Shown: positions 40,788 to 53,871, counted from the stretch's first letter. The stretch is DNA of 64,000 bases from Octopus sinensis (GCF_006345805.1 NC_043009.1:64790001-64854000), one strand, 5' to 3'. Numbers and translations: made by a program. The notes: generated by a model from the sequence alone, not told the origin.

Positions 40788-40931
40788 ATGCTACTTGGAT
40801 CCCAATGATGATATATATATACACACACACATGCACACACATACATACTTGCAGGTAAATATATATATATATATCATCATCATCATTATTATGTGTGTGT
40901 GTATAAATATATATGTGTGTATATATGTATG

Positions 40932-40976
<45 letters not shown>

Positions 40977-41206
40977 ACATACATACATACATGCATACAT
41001 ACATACATACACACACATACATACGTACATACATACATGCATACATGCATACATACATACATGCATACATGCATACGTACATACATACATACATACATAC
41101 ATACATACATACATACATACATACATGCATGCATGCATAAACTTACTTGGAAATGGATACATAGCATTCAGTCATATAATAATATGAATAAAATATATCT
41201 ATAAAT

Positions 41207-41650
41207 GCTGCTTGGATCAGAATCATGGGATATGAAAGTATACGAAGAAAGAGACTGCAGTTTCTCCAGGTCGTCCATACAACCCTGAGGCCAGATGTGG
41301 TTGAAAAGGTCAAGAAAATGATCTTAATTGAGCTCACAGTCCTGTGGGAAGAGGGGTGTGATGAGGCCTATAAACAGAAGTGTACCAAATATGAAAGCCT
41401 TCTGCAGGGAGAAGGGATGGCAGGTATGGCTTTTCCCAGTCGAGGTTGGCTGTAAGGGTTCCCTGCTCAGTTGGCATGGAGGATGCTCACAGCCATTGGA
41501 ATGAAGAAAGGAGTGGAGGGTGGTTGTGCACAGGATGGGAGAGGGAGCTAAAAGAGTGTCTTGTTGGTTTTGGAGTAAGAGAGAGGAGTTAAGCTGGAAG
41601 CCAGGAGGAGATGAGGAGCAGTGACGTGGTCACCTCTGCTGACCCACCAA
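41207..41650 (+). mobile_element. HERO/NeSL-like non-LTR retrotransposon 3' fragment (restriction-like endonuclease)
   Basis: LRPDVV...ILIELTVLWEE...KYESL...GWQVWLFPVEVGCKGFPAQ after a frameshift. Confidence 0.8.
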
Positions 41651-42217
41651 ACGATAATGTGATTTTAGTTTACTTATGCACAGGAAAAAGAGACAGGAGG
41701 GTCATAAGTGGAATGCCTTTAATTGTAGGATCAACCAACCAGGGCAGCCCTGAAGCTAAACAACAAACAAACAATACCAAAATAAGCCAATGAGGGAGCC
41801 TTTATGCAGCCATTTGACCTGCTAGAGATAACAACCAAATTTCACACTACCATGTTAAGAGAAAGGAGACATTTGATGATGGAATCCTGGGTTCTTCGCT
41901 CACAGGAAATCAATGGGATGGTCGAGATTGGAATGCCTTTGTTAAATAACAACAGCAACAATAGTAAATACTACAAATGCACTAACAAAGGAACCAGCCC
42001 TCATGCGGTCATTTAACATGCTAGAAATATCAGTCATTTTATACTGGGACTTTATGTTACTCCCTTTAAAAAATGAAAATAAAAGACAAAAGGCATAGAA
42101 TTATGCAGTCCTAGATATTCCAGAACAAAAAAAGTTGGGATGGTCATGACCAGAACACTTTTGGGCCTACCAGATCAGGGCGGCTGATCTAGGACTGCAC
42201 TACAACAACGACTCACA

Positions 42218-42401
42218 CTCCTCCTCCTCCTCCTCTCTCCCCTCCTCCTCCCCTCCTCCTTCCCCCCTCCTCCTTCCCCCTCCTCCTTCCCCCCTGCTCC
42301 TGCTCCCCTTCCTCCTTCCCCTCCCCTCCCCTTCCTCCACCTCCTCCTCATACTACTACTACCACCACCACCTCCACTACTACTACTAACACCACCACCA
42401 T

Positions 42402-42435
<34 letters not shown>

Positions 42436-42532
42436 GCTACCACCACCACTACTATTATGACATCTATGTGTAGAAGTAGTAGTAGTAGTAGCCATAGCAG
42501 TGGTGGTGGTGGTGGTGGTGGTGGCAGTAGTG
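42218..42532. repeat. (CCT)/(CTA)/(CCA) repeats followed by complementary (TAG)/(TGG) repeats
   Basis: Read directly. Confidence 0.85.
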
Positions 42533-42642
42533 GTTTATGTAATACTTACTTCATTCCCACCCCAACGCCCACTGACGCTTAGGAAGGAAGGCAGGAAATT
42601 CCAATCACATTATATATGTCAAATTTCACTTCTTATAAACCC

Positions 42643-42678
<36 letters not shown>

Positions 42679-42867
42679 AATTGTGACAGGTACAGTGAAT
42701 GTGACACATGTGTGACAGGTGGTATAGTGGTATGTCTAGATTCAGTTAAATTGTTTTCAAACTCTGTTGGTGACTCTGCACATTTGGAGCTAAGAACAAA
42801 AACCCATGACCAATGAAGACATGAATGCCAAAACATCTCAGGATCTTTGTTTTTTATAATGCAAATT

Positions 42868-43170
42868 GTGGAGGCGCAATGGCCCAGTGGTTAGGGCAGC
42901 GGACTCGCGGTCGTAGGATCGAGGTTTCAATTCCCAGACCGGGCGTTGTGAGTGTTTATTGAGCGAAAACACCTAAAGCTCCACGAGGCTCCGGCAGCGG
43001 GTTGTGGTGATCCCTGCTGTACTCTTTCGCCACAACTTTCTCTCACTCTTTCTTCTGTTGGCCTGCTCGCTTAGCCAGCGGGGTGGCGTCATTTGAAGGC
43101 TAAAACAATGCGAAGCGCATTGTGACCAGCGATGTGTAACAACATCTGATGGCCTGGTCGGTCACGGTGA
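42868..43170 (+). mobile_element. tRNA-derived SINE family B, full length with TSD
   Basis: GGAGGCGCAATGGCCCAGTGGTTAGGGCAGCGGACTCGCGG..GGTTTCAATTCCC head; flanks TAATGCAAATT / TAATACAAATT. Confidence 0.85.
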
Positions 43171-43475
43171 TAATACAAATTATTCTTTATAATGGTAATC
43201 TAGAACTTGTTCAGCATGACTGATCGTGTGTGTGTGTGTGTGTAAGCAAACATACATACATGGAGCCTGATGCAGTCCTCTGATTTACCAGCCCCCTGTC
43301 AAACTGTCCAACCCATACCAGAACAGAAAGTGGGCATTAAATGAAGTTGATATATATATAGATGGTACAATGCAACATCTTTCCCAAAGTTTCTTCCATT
43401 TTCATCAGCGAAGGGGTCCAACACAGAAGTGCCCTTCTTTCTTCATGTTTTTGTATACTGTTTTTGTTGTTGCAA

Positions 43476-43886
43476 GGTGGTGAGCTGGCAGAACCATTAG
43501 CACACCGAGCGAAATGCTTAGCAGTATTTCATTTGCCGTTACGTTCTGAGTTCAAATTCCGCCGAGGTCGACTTTGCCTTTCATCCTTGCGGGGTCGATA
43601 AATTAAGTACCAGTTATGCACTGGGGTCTATGTAATCGACTTAATCCATTTGTCTGTCCTTGTTTGTCCCCTCTGTGTTTAGCCCCTTGTGGGTAGTAAA
43701 GAAATAGGTATTTCGTCTGTCTTTACGTTCTGAGTTCAAATTCCGCCGAGGTCGACTTTGCCTTTCATCCTTGCGGGGTCGATAAATTAAGTACCAGTTA
43801 TGCACTGGGGTCGATGTAATCGACTTAATCCGTTTGTCTGTTCTTGTTTGTCCCCTCTGTGTTTAGCCCCTTGTGGGTAGTAAAGA
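43476..43886 (+). mobile_element. SINE family C with internal tandem duplication
   Basis: GGTGGTGAGCTGGCAGAA head, GAGTTCAAATTCC B box, body GCCTTTCATCCTT..GGGGTCGATAAATTAAGTACCAG present twice. Other copies at 18147-18505, 19675-20060, 27025-27235, 34990-35520, 36280-37210 and 39530-39765. Confidence 0.8.
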
Positions 43887-44065
43887 AGCAGATATATATA
43901 GATGGTAAGGTTTTTTTGCCACTATAACATGGCTGTTCTATGCAGAACTAAGTTACAACATTTTAACCCCGGGAAAACACATTTTCCAGTTGGTCAATGA
44001 CACACGACCTGTGTCCAGTATATTGTGAATAAGGGAGCGAATCATTCTGCTCCAGCTTGGCAAGA

Positions 44066-44110
44066 CCAGTAGACCATGGTTTCTGGGTCTTTACTCTTCA
44101 CCTGTACTGG
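44066..44110 (-). ncRNA. Decayed hammerhead motif
   Basis: CCAGTA-CAGGTGAA-GAGT AAAG ACCC-AGAAA-CCATGG-TC^-TACTGG; perfect 6-bp stem I and palindrome ACCATGGT. The inverted sister copy at 44388-44413 keeps CTGATGAA-GGGT AAAG ACCC. Confidence 0.62.
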
Positions 44111-44877
44111 ATACCTGCCTGCTAGAAATGGCAGTCATTCGTCCCTACTCACAATATATAAACAGAGAAGCAGGAGACAGCCACTGATCTCATGACAAGT
44201 GAAGTGGCAAGTTCTAAAATCTCTAAGCGAGCTGTAAGTAGTAACACTATTAGACGGTAACTTTTTTTGCCACTATAACATGGCTGTTCTATAAGAACTA
44301 TGTTACTCCATTTTAACCCCAGAAAGCATCTGTTGCTTCTCTGTTTATATATTGTGAGTTTGAATGCCATCTCTAGCAGGCAGATGTCCATTACTGATGA
44401 AGGGTAAAGACCCAAGCTGGAGGGGAGTGATTTGGCAATTTCCATTGCCTCATCATGGTCCCTGTTTGTGTATATGTTTACATTCATGTGTGTTAATGTT
44501 ATATCACAATACTACATAGTGGCTGGGTGTGCTATGCAATCCTCATCACCACTGTTATGTTGCATGTTCGGGTGTCCTTTCTCAACTTCTCGACATCTAG
44601 ACTTATATATCTACGTATTGGGCTAGCCTACTTCATCGTCTGAGGGTGTCCATACAACAGTTAGCTACAGCATTAGAGTGGTTTAGCTCTTATTTCTAGC
44701 AATGTGGGTATTTCCTAACAACCAAGTCACATTTAGGGACAATTATAATTTTCCTTTTGGTGAAACATTGCAAACTGCTGTTCATATTAATTTGATAAAA
44801 AAACATTAGTGAATCGTTAAATCATCCAATAATTTGAATGAGAAAAACATAAAAAACTTATGGTGAAGTGAGTTCAG

Positions 44878-44924
44878 AAAGAGCTGATGAAGCAATGGAA
44901 ATTGCTGAAACTGATGTCACTATT
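44878..44924 (+). ncRNA. Minimal hammerhead motif, intact core, weak stem I
   Basis: CTGATGA-AGCAAT GGAA ATTGCT-GAAA-C TGAT G-TC^; 6-bp stem II closed by a GNRA loop, GUC cleavage triplet. Confidence 0.72.
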
Positions 44925-45490
44925 AAGATTTCTTGATCAGCACTTTTTGGATGATTATGGTCCCTGTTAGTGTATATATTTTCATTCATGTGTGTCAACT
45001 AAAGTATTAGAGTGGTTTAGCTCTTATTTCTAGCAATATATATATAAAATTTAATTAGAGGCTGTGTTAACCTCATGAAGGGATGTTTTCATTCAAGGAA
45101 ATACTGGTTCAATACCTAGTATTTTGGGGGAACAAATTTCCTTAAAATAATAATAGGTATATATATATATATATATAACATAATAATTTATATTCATATA
45201 AAAGAAGAAGAAAATGGAGATTGGGAAGATAATTGTTTTTTATTAACAGCAATTTGGTCATCTTCACTTACAGCCGTTTCGATTAATACTCAATAAATAT
45301 TAAATTTATATAACACACTCATATATATATATATATATATACATACATACACACACATATATGTGTGTCCATATATTTTTTTCTTTATATGTATGTGTGT
45401 GTGTGTGTGTGTCTGCACGCACGTATATGCATGTTTATGAGTATATATATATGTACAGGCGTATGTATGTACTTGGGTGTGTGTGTCTAT

Positions 45491-45869
45491 GTAATATCAA
45501 AGGAAGGCTAAATGAGAAGATAGTTTTTGTGTGTGGCAAATGAAGAGGGGCAATAAGCACTGAAAATGTGTCGAAAACAACTTCCATTAGATGCCAGGGG
45601 AAAAACGAGAAGTAGTTGATAGCTTCTGTTACCTAGGTGACCAAGTCAGTAGTGGGGGTGGATGCACTGGGAGCATAGCTGCTAGAATAATAATATCCTG
45701 GGCAAAGTTCAGAGAGCTCCTATCTCTGATTGTAACAGAGGGCCTCTCGCTCAGAGTGAAAGATAGACTGCATGATGCATGTATGCAAATAGCCATGCTA
45801 CACAGCAGTGAAACATGGGCTGTGACTGCTGAGGACATGCATAAGCTTGCAAGAAACGAAGCTATTATG
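45491..45869 (+). mobile_element. RTE LINE RT fragment, same family as the 21.3-23.0 kb copy
   Basis: EVVDSFCYLGDQVSSGGGC...SWAKFRELL...MLHSSETW. Confidence 0.88.
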
Positions 45870-46871
45870 TCACCATGATAGCCTTTTATCTATAAATATA
45901 TCAGCATGTTGCATTGATAATTAAATTTTGGGTTGGATGGAATGTACTTGACATTGATTATTGAGAAGATACGCATCTTTTGGTGCATGGATTTTGATTA
46001 CAACTTGTTGTAACAAGTCTGCATGAAACACATGGAATGTATGCTATGCTGATGCAGTTACTCAATACCTGTTTTGGCTTCTTTCCTTTAAAATGTTGTC
46101 ATTTTATTTATAATACAGCATACTATACATCCTCGTCATCATCATCATCATCATCATCATCTCCTCTACTTTTCCATGCTCTCAAGGGGTCAGAAGAAGC
46201 ATGTTGTGGCAGAGTTTTCCTACAGCTAGACGTCTTATCATCCCAAGCAAAATAAGGTTGAGAACCCAGACTATTCTTCATTTGCAGGTTTAATAATTTT
46301 GAAATGAATCTGCATATGTCATTTACTTCTAATAATTAGACTAACGCTACACAGTCTTCCATATTTAATTAATTTTAACTAATTAATATTTCAAGTTTAT
46401 CTCTCTTTGCCATTTTGTTTTTTTTTTTGTGGGTGAGGAGCAGAATTATGAAGTTAAAAAAAAAATAATTGTTCTCTTCATTAAAATTATAATTTTAATT
46501 AATTAAAATTTCTCAGCTGACGACATCAAGTATGTTAGCATCCATTTAATTATCAAGTTTCCATGCAACAGGCTTGTTGTGTATTCTAACCGTCTTTTTC
46601 TCTTTTTGTCTCTCTCAACTGTCTGTCTGTCTGTCCGTCCAGCTCACTGTCTCCCAGGGTTTCTCATCACCAGCTGATGGTGGTGATCACCTTAATTACT
46701 TTATACAATAATATCCCAATTACCGTTAGCTCCTCGTCTCCCTCCGCTACCACCACTCCCTCTTGTAGGGTGGATTTAAAATGAAGCAAGAGAGAGACAC
46801 ACTTGCTTAATGTGGTTCGTAGACAGACAGACAGACTCAGTAGGACAGGGCCATGTTGTGACAAAAGCCTT

Positions 46872-47906
46872 CAGGTGATTATGGTGAGGACGGTGGTGGT
46901 GGCGATGGCAGCGCCGGCAGCAGTGGTGGTAGTGGTGGTAGTTGTTGTTGTTGTGGTGGTTGTTGTGATGGTCGTGGTGGTGGTGATGGCAGCAGCAGCA
47001 GCAGCGGTGGTGGTGGTTGTGGTGGAGGTGGTGATTATGGTGGTGGTGGTGGTTGTTGGTGGAGGTGATGGTGGTTGTTGTTGTTGTTGTTGTGGTGATG
47101 GTGATGGTGGTGGTTGTTGTTGTAGCGGTGGTGAAGGTGGTGGTTGTAGTGGTGGTGGTGGTGGTTGTGGTGGTGGTGGTGGTGGTGGTGGTGGTGGTGG
47201 TGGTGGTTGTGGTGGTGGTTGTGGTGGTGGTTGTGGTGGTGGTTGTGGTTGTGGTGGTGGTGGTTGTAGTGGTGGTTGTGGTGGTGATGGTGGTTGTAGT
47301 GGTGGTTGTAGTTGTGGTGGTGGTGGTGGTGATGGTTGTGGTTGTGGTGGTGGCGGCAACAGCAGCAGCAGCGGCGGTGGTGGTGGTGGTTGTGGTGGTG
47401 GTGAAGGTAGTGGTTGTAGTGGTGGTGGTGGTGTGGTGGTGAAGGTGGTGGTGAAGGTGGTGGTGGTGGTGAAGGTGGTGGTTGTGGTGGTGTGGTGGTG
47501 GTGGTTGTGTGGTGGTGGTGGTTGTGGTTGTGGTGGTGGTGGTGGTTGTGGTGGTGGTTGGTGGTGGTTGTGGTTGTGGTGGTGGTGGTGGTTGGTGGTG
47601 GTGGTGGTTGTGGTGGTGATGGTGGTTGTAGTGGTGGTTGTAGTTGTGGTGGTGGTGGTGGTGATGGTTGTGGTTGTGGTGGTGGTGGTGATGGCAGCAG
47701 CAGCAGCAGCGGCGGTGATGGTGGTGGTTGTGGTGGTGGTGAAGGTAGTGGTTGTAGTGGTGGTGGTGGTGGTGAAGGTGGTGGTGAAGGTGGTGGTGGT
47801 GGTGGTGAAGGTGGTGGTTGTAGTGGTGGTGGTTGTGGTGGTGGTGAAGGTGGTGGTTGTGGTGGTGGTGGTGGTGGTAGTGGTGGTGGTGCAGCTGATA
47901 GTTGTT
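46872..47906. repeat. ~1 kb degenerate (GGT)n/(GTT)n/(GCA)n triplet repeat
   Basis: Read directly; source of spurious poly-V/G/T/P ORFs. Confidence 0.95.
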
Positions 47907-48544
47907 GATATAGAGAAAAATTGCCTATAGACAGGCTTATATATATATACAGGCATTAAAATGACATGGGAAAATTTTCCAGGGATGTCTTCTGCATGAA
48001 AAATGTGTAGTTAAGCAGTGGGTGGGGAAGTCAGGCTAATGTATTTAATGTAATGTGCAGCCTGCAAAATGACCAATTAAAATGACATTTGTAATGGAAA
48101 GAAAAATTCTTTGGCATTTATGCTAATTCTTGTTAAAGGCAAGGGGGGGCAACTCCAGGCATGTTTCAGTGTTATTAGGCCACATCAGCAAAACATAATC
48201 CTGCTTATAGTTACTGTGTTAGAATAAATGTATGAGTGTGTATGTATATACACACACACGTACACACATAATAGTGTGTGAGAAAAACATTGACTAATTA
48301 AGCAAATTAAAAAATAAATTAATGACATTGGTAGATTTCACAGGATTATCTTCTGCATAACAAATAATGCATTTTAGCACTTGAGTGGGTGCTAGTATAG
48401 GCATTATTTGTAGCTACTGCTGTGCTTGCATGTGTGCAAGCTTATATTGCAGGCAAACATGGCAAATTTTACTACTTCTCTGTAGATTGAAACATTGGTG
48501 AGCAGTCTTACTTGATTGACTGCAGGAAGGGTGAGGGGGCAGCT

Positions 48545-48752
48545 TCAGTGCCAATCTCTGTCAAAAGGTTGGTCACTCAGATGGAACTGTGGACTGGTGC
48601 AGGTGTTCTGGCCTTCTGCCCCAACTCCCTCAAAACCTCCACAAAGTACACTTTGTTGACCAGTTGGCCAGAGGGAACCCAATGGATGTAGATGATGCCC
48701 TTGCTGTTGAATAAAGGGATCATCCTGTGCTTTCCAGTGGACTTGCTGGTTC
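48545..48752 (-). mobile_element. Mariner transposase fragment
   Basis: Translates to SKSTGKHRMIPLFNSKGIIYIHWVPSGQLVNKVYFVEVLREL...APVHNSI; a probable 5' part lies at ~49210-49533. Confidence 0.7.
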
Positions 48753-48907
48753 TGTAAGTTCAAATGTCTTGTTTTCATAAGTTTTGAATCAAAATCTTCC
48801 ACCAAACTATGGCTCTGGGTCATCCAAAGCTTTGTGAATGGACTTCATAGATGGAAAGAAGCTTGCCACACATATATGTGTATGAGTGTTTGTGTGTGTG
48901 TGTGTAT

Positions 48908-48951
<44 letters not shown>

Positions 48952-50502
48952 GTGTGTATGAGTGTGTGTGTGTGTGTTATTGTCTCCTTGTCTTGACATT
49001 GCGTGAGTGTTGTAAACGAGTGTCACCGTCGTGTAGGCGGTGTCTTTCATTTCCAGCCACAGAGAAATATTACCTTATTTGGAAACAGGTAAGGGTTGGT
49101 GGCAGGAAGGGCATCCGGCCAAAGAAAATCTGGCCTCAATAAACTCCATCCAACCCATGCATGAATGGAAAAGGCGATGATGACGACAAGAACGATGTAA
49201 GGCATCCTACTGAGAAACATGAATTGGCAGGGAAGGCCTTGTTTGATTGACTGTTTCCTGTCTCTCAGCCTGATGATATTCCTTGATTTCATTTCCTACA
49301 AAGGTATCTGGGGTGGGGTCAGTAGACTGTTTGAATTGACCTGGAACTGTTGATGCACGACAGGAGGTAATCATACCCACTTGCGATAACAACAAGGAAG
49401 ATTACTCTGAGATCAGTTCAAAGTCCAGTTAAAAATGCTTGGATATCAACAGCCACTGGTTTGAGCTTTTATTGTAATTCAGGTATTTTAATCAATTCTC
49501 TTTGTATTTACAAATACTTTTGGGCAACTTTGTGTGTGTGTGTGTGTGTATCATATTCATCATCATTTAGCATCCATTGTCCATGCTGGCATGGGTTGGA
49601 CAGTTTGACCAGGGCTGGCTGGCTGCATCAGACTCAAGTTTGATTTGGTATGATTTCTACAGCTGGATGTTCTTCCTAACGCCAACCACTCTGAGAGTGT
49701 AATGGATGCTTTTATGTGTCACCGGCACGGGTGCCATTTGTGTGACATCGGTATCTGCCACGACTGTGATTTTACTTGTCTTGATGGGTCTTCTTCTCAA
49801 GCATGACATAATGCCAAAGGTCTTGGTCATTGCCTCCATGAGGCCCAACACTCAAAAGGTGCCTTTATGTGCCATCAGAATGAGTTCTAGTTATGTGACA
49901 CCAGCATCAGCCACAACCACAATTTCACTTGGCTTGATGAGTCTTCTCAAGCACAGCATGTGTGTGTAAGCTAAAATAGAGAGACACTTAAAAATAAAGA
50001 TAGAAATAAAACATCTTCCATCTGCAAGTATGAGAGACATATTCAATGAAATATGCCAGTGTAGTGTAAATTGTTGCATTGGCAACGACAGAAGCAGTAA
50101 TAGATAAATATTTTGGAATAGCATTCTGTATATCATACTTAACTCAGATCTACTATAGAAAGCCTTGAAACTGTGGTATTTGTCTCAAGAAAGCATCTCA
50201 CATACAAGTGTAGTGTTAAAAACACAAAAATATATCAACAGAAAAGTGTTTAACAGCAGGTGTGGAATTCTTAAATGCGTATTTCTGCATCATTGAGCAT
50301 CATCAATAACATGTATCCACAAGTAGTCACATGTTAAGATAAATTTGGTTTCTATTGATATGGAAGAGTAGTGATTAATAAATCACTTGCGTTGTAAATA
50401 GCTGGCAAGCAGATTAAAAATTTATTAGTGATAGAAGCAGTATTATATAAATATATATATATACACACACCATATATACGTAAGTAATATTCTCTTTTGC
50501 TT

Positions 50503-50886
50503 TCTTTTACTTGTTTCAGTCATTTAACTGCGGCCATGCTGGAGCACTGCTTTTAGTCGAGCAAATCGACCCCAGGACTTATTCTTTGTAAGCCTAGTAC
50601 TTATTCTATCTGTGCCTTTCGCTGAACCGCTAAGTTATGGGGATGTAAACGCACCACCATTGGTTGTCAAGCAATGTTGGGGAGGGGGGACAAACACAGA
50701 CACACAAACATATACACACTCATACATATATGACAGGCTTCTTTCAGTTTCTGTCTACCAAATCCACTCGCAAAGCTTTGGTCGGCCCAAGGCTATAGTA
50801 GAAGACACTTGCCCAAGGTGCCACGCAGTGGGAATGAACCTGGAACCATGTGGTTGCTAAGCAAGTTACTTACCACACAGCCACTC
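50503..50886 (-). mobile_element. SINE family A copy
   Basis: Homology to 4900-5292. Confidence 0.82.
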
Positions 50887-51739
50887 AATAGTCGATGTCA
50901 TGTAAAAGTCAATCCCTATTTTTAGCCAAAAATTCGGGTATTTTCCATAGGCCCTGTATAAAAGTCAACCTTAGTATTTCATGAACAACAGGACATTTGT
51001 GGGTCAAGGTACAGTATTATCCTGTATAATAGAGCAGGCTACCTTACTGTAGCTTGCTCTATGGCTGGAATGGTCAGTGCTTATAGTAAAACACGATTTA
51101 ATAGCAAGCACTACACGTTTGTTGATGGGTGGTACAGCACCATTACTAAAATGAATGCACAGGATATGCTGCAAGCGTGCATACATCTTTAAGCACAATA
51201 AACACATGCATCATACACTCGTTGTTTACACGGTGAGAAACGTGTCTCACAGACAGGACTATCGGTGAACAACAGAGTAGGTATCAGCTGTATGCACCGT
51301 AATTCAGTGAGTAGTGGCATGCTGGTATCGGATAGATATGTTATCGGTAGCAATATAACAGAATTATGAGATATAAATTGATTTCACTCGGCGAGTCTGT
51401 TACGTTGGATGGATACAAATAAGAGATAAGGTAAATATAAGAGCTATGTGGCTTTGTTTATGGATTTTGTTATTTATTAGGACGTGTGTTGTGATGCATA
51501 GAATTGCTAATATTACTGCAATTGATTGCGTTTTTGCTTTTATTTGCTTAGAGTTGGACGTCTGCTGCTATGATACTTTGGATTCTAATTTGAATTTCAG
51601 CCCCTCAAAAGTGGTATCCATCTAATAGTGGACCTCATAAATTTGACCTTAAAAAAAAATGGTCTAAAAAATTTGACTTTTACACAAGTATTATGGTATA
51701 TGTATATATATATATATATATATTCTAACTACATGTGAA

Positions 51740-51890
51740 TTGTTTTCCTTTCTATTGGACTTTCCTCTGCTTCCGAAGAAGAGTTTTGCTCGAAACGTTA
51801 AACCATCTTTGTTCCTTCCCTGAGTGTGTTAATACTTTACATGTACTATGTCTTTGCTTTGCTGTTCTTTTTTGGGGATTTACTATATAA
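51740..51890 (+). mobile_element. Divergent relative of HHR-like family A
   Basis: CCGAAGAA-GAGT TTT GCTC-GAAA-CGTT-AAACC, followed by a similar body and (TA)n. Confidence 0.5.
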
Positions 51891-52434
51891 ATATATATAT
51901 ATATCATCATCATCATCATCGTTTAACGTCCGTTTTCCGTGCTAGCACGGGATATTATACATATATGCCTGCATCGCCTTACTAGCACTTGTGCTGGTGG
52001 CACATGAAAAAACATTCGAGTGAGGTTGTTGCCAGTGCCGCTGGACTGGCTCCTGTGCAGGTGGCACATAAAAAGCACCATTTGAGCGTGGCCGTTGCCA
52101 GTACTGCCTAACTGGCTCTCGTGCTGGTGGCATGTAAAAGCACCCACTACACTCTCGGAGTAGTTGGCGTTAGGAAGGGCATCCAATTGTAGAAACTCTG
52201 CCAGATCAGATTGGAGCCTGGTGCAGCCATCTGGTTCGCCAGACCTCAGTCAAACCATCCAACCCATGCTAGCATGGAAAGCGGACGTTAAACGATGATG
52301 ATGATGAGGAGGAGGAAAAAGTTCCATCTTACTTACCAGTCATTTTAATAGCTCTTTTGTCTTTTAATAAGGGTCAATCATACAGTAATTTCCTTTTGTT
52401 TAACGGTCATTTTCATAGCATTTATTCAATGGCC

Positions 52435-52498
52435 TGATAACCGAAGAGATGCTGGCGTGGGTTTCCGCCCCCGACATCCGAAACTCGGAGTTTTATCA
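52435..52498 (+). ncRNA. Hammerhead motif, same family as 15823-15883, with U4>C core change
   Basis: TGATAA-CCGAAGA-GATG...CATCC-GAAA-CTCGGAG-TT-TTATCA; flanks homologous to the 15.8 kb copy. Confidence 0.68.
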
Positions 52499-53252
52499 TG
52501 GCTACCAAACAATTGTCACATATTATATTTACAGATATATATATATATATATAGCACATTTTCAACCCTTTCTTATCACCACCATCATTTAATGTCTGTT
52601 TTCCATGCTGGCATGGGTTGATGCCAGAAGCTGACCAGCTGAAGGGCTGTTCAGACTCCATCTATATTTTGGCATGGTTTCTATGGATGGATGCCCTTCC
52701 TAATGCTAACCACTTTACAGTGTACTGGGAGCTTTTCACGTGGCACCAGCATGGATGCTTTTTATGTGGCACCAGCACTTATGAGTCTGCAAGATTAGGG
52801 ATCTTCAGCTAAAGAGGGTTACAAGGGACAAGCCTGGATTTGAACTTCTAATGTAAATGGACCAAAAGGCAACTTGCCAGGCACATTCTACTAATTCAAC
52901 TAATCCACCAGCCTGTCAATGAATGCTAAAATATTTTAAAAATTATTATTATTTACCATTGCAGTTTTAATGTAAATCAAATAAGTAAATGATATTAAAC
53001 ATAATAATCACTAATTTCAGAGAAAAAGTAAAAAAATGCAAAAGATCCACTAATGGGATTAATTATATTAATGAGATTAATTATATCTCAAATTACTGTG
53101 TATAATATTTAATACCATCATCATCATTTAATATCCACGTTTCATGCTGACACAAGTTGAGCAATTTTAAAAGGATCCAATGGGCCCAAGCATCACATTG
53201 TGCTCCAGTATCCTGCTTTGGTAAGGTTTCTTCAGCTGGATGCATTTCTTAA

Positions 53253-53727
53253 CCCTTTCGTTACCAACCCGGCTGAAACCAGCTCTGGCTCTGTTGTACA
53301 AATGTCTGGTTTTCATAAGTTTTGAATTAAAGTCTTCCACCAAAACCTTAGTCACAATTTATGTTCCTAACACTAGCTAAATGGTAACTAAGTTATTTTA
53401 CTAAGTTCTTTGTTATATTATAAGTAATTGAAAGAAACACAGAGCATCTCAACAGAAATACGGTAACAAAAAGGTTAAAATATATAATAGAGAAACCATT
53501 CTTAACCATTTCAATACCAACCCGGCTGAAACTGCCTCTGGCTCTGTAATAGAAATGTCTTGCTTTCATAAGTTCTGAATTAAAATCTTCCACCAAAACC
53601 TTAGTCACAATTTACGTTCCTAACACTAGCTAAATGATAACTAAGTTACTTTACCAAATTCTTTGTTATATTTAAAGTAATTGAAAGAAACACAGAGCAT
53701 CTCAAAATGAATACAGTAATGAAAGAG
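53253..53727. mobile_element. Two adjacent TTAA-flanked MITEs (piggyBac-like)
   Basis: TTAA|CCCTTTCGTTACC...GGTAACAAAAAGG|TTAA (53253-53474) and a homologous copy at 53506-53727. Confidence 0.75.
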
Positions 53728-53865
53728 TTAATGCCAAAAATATATTCAAAAATACCAGCTGCCCTAACCAGGGTTGGCAAATTTGATGAGTTTCTGGCGT
53801 AAAAAGATGGTGCAAAATTAATAACAAAGAAAGCAGGGAATTGTTGGGTTTTTTTCCTCATTTTT

Positions 53866-53871
53866 TTTATT
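53866..53871 (-). promoter_or_regulatory. Candidate RBX1 polyadenylation signal AATAAA
   Basis: First AATAAA about 135 nt downstream of the RBX1 stop codon. Confidence 0.45.

Noticed and set aside
46803-47956. Long ORFs of 375 and 361 aa on both strands
   Set aside because: Products of a triplet repeat lacking stops; no domain or splice support
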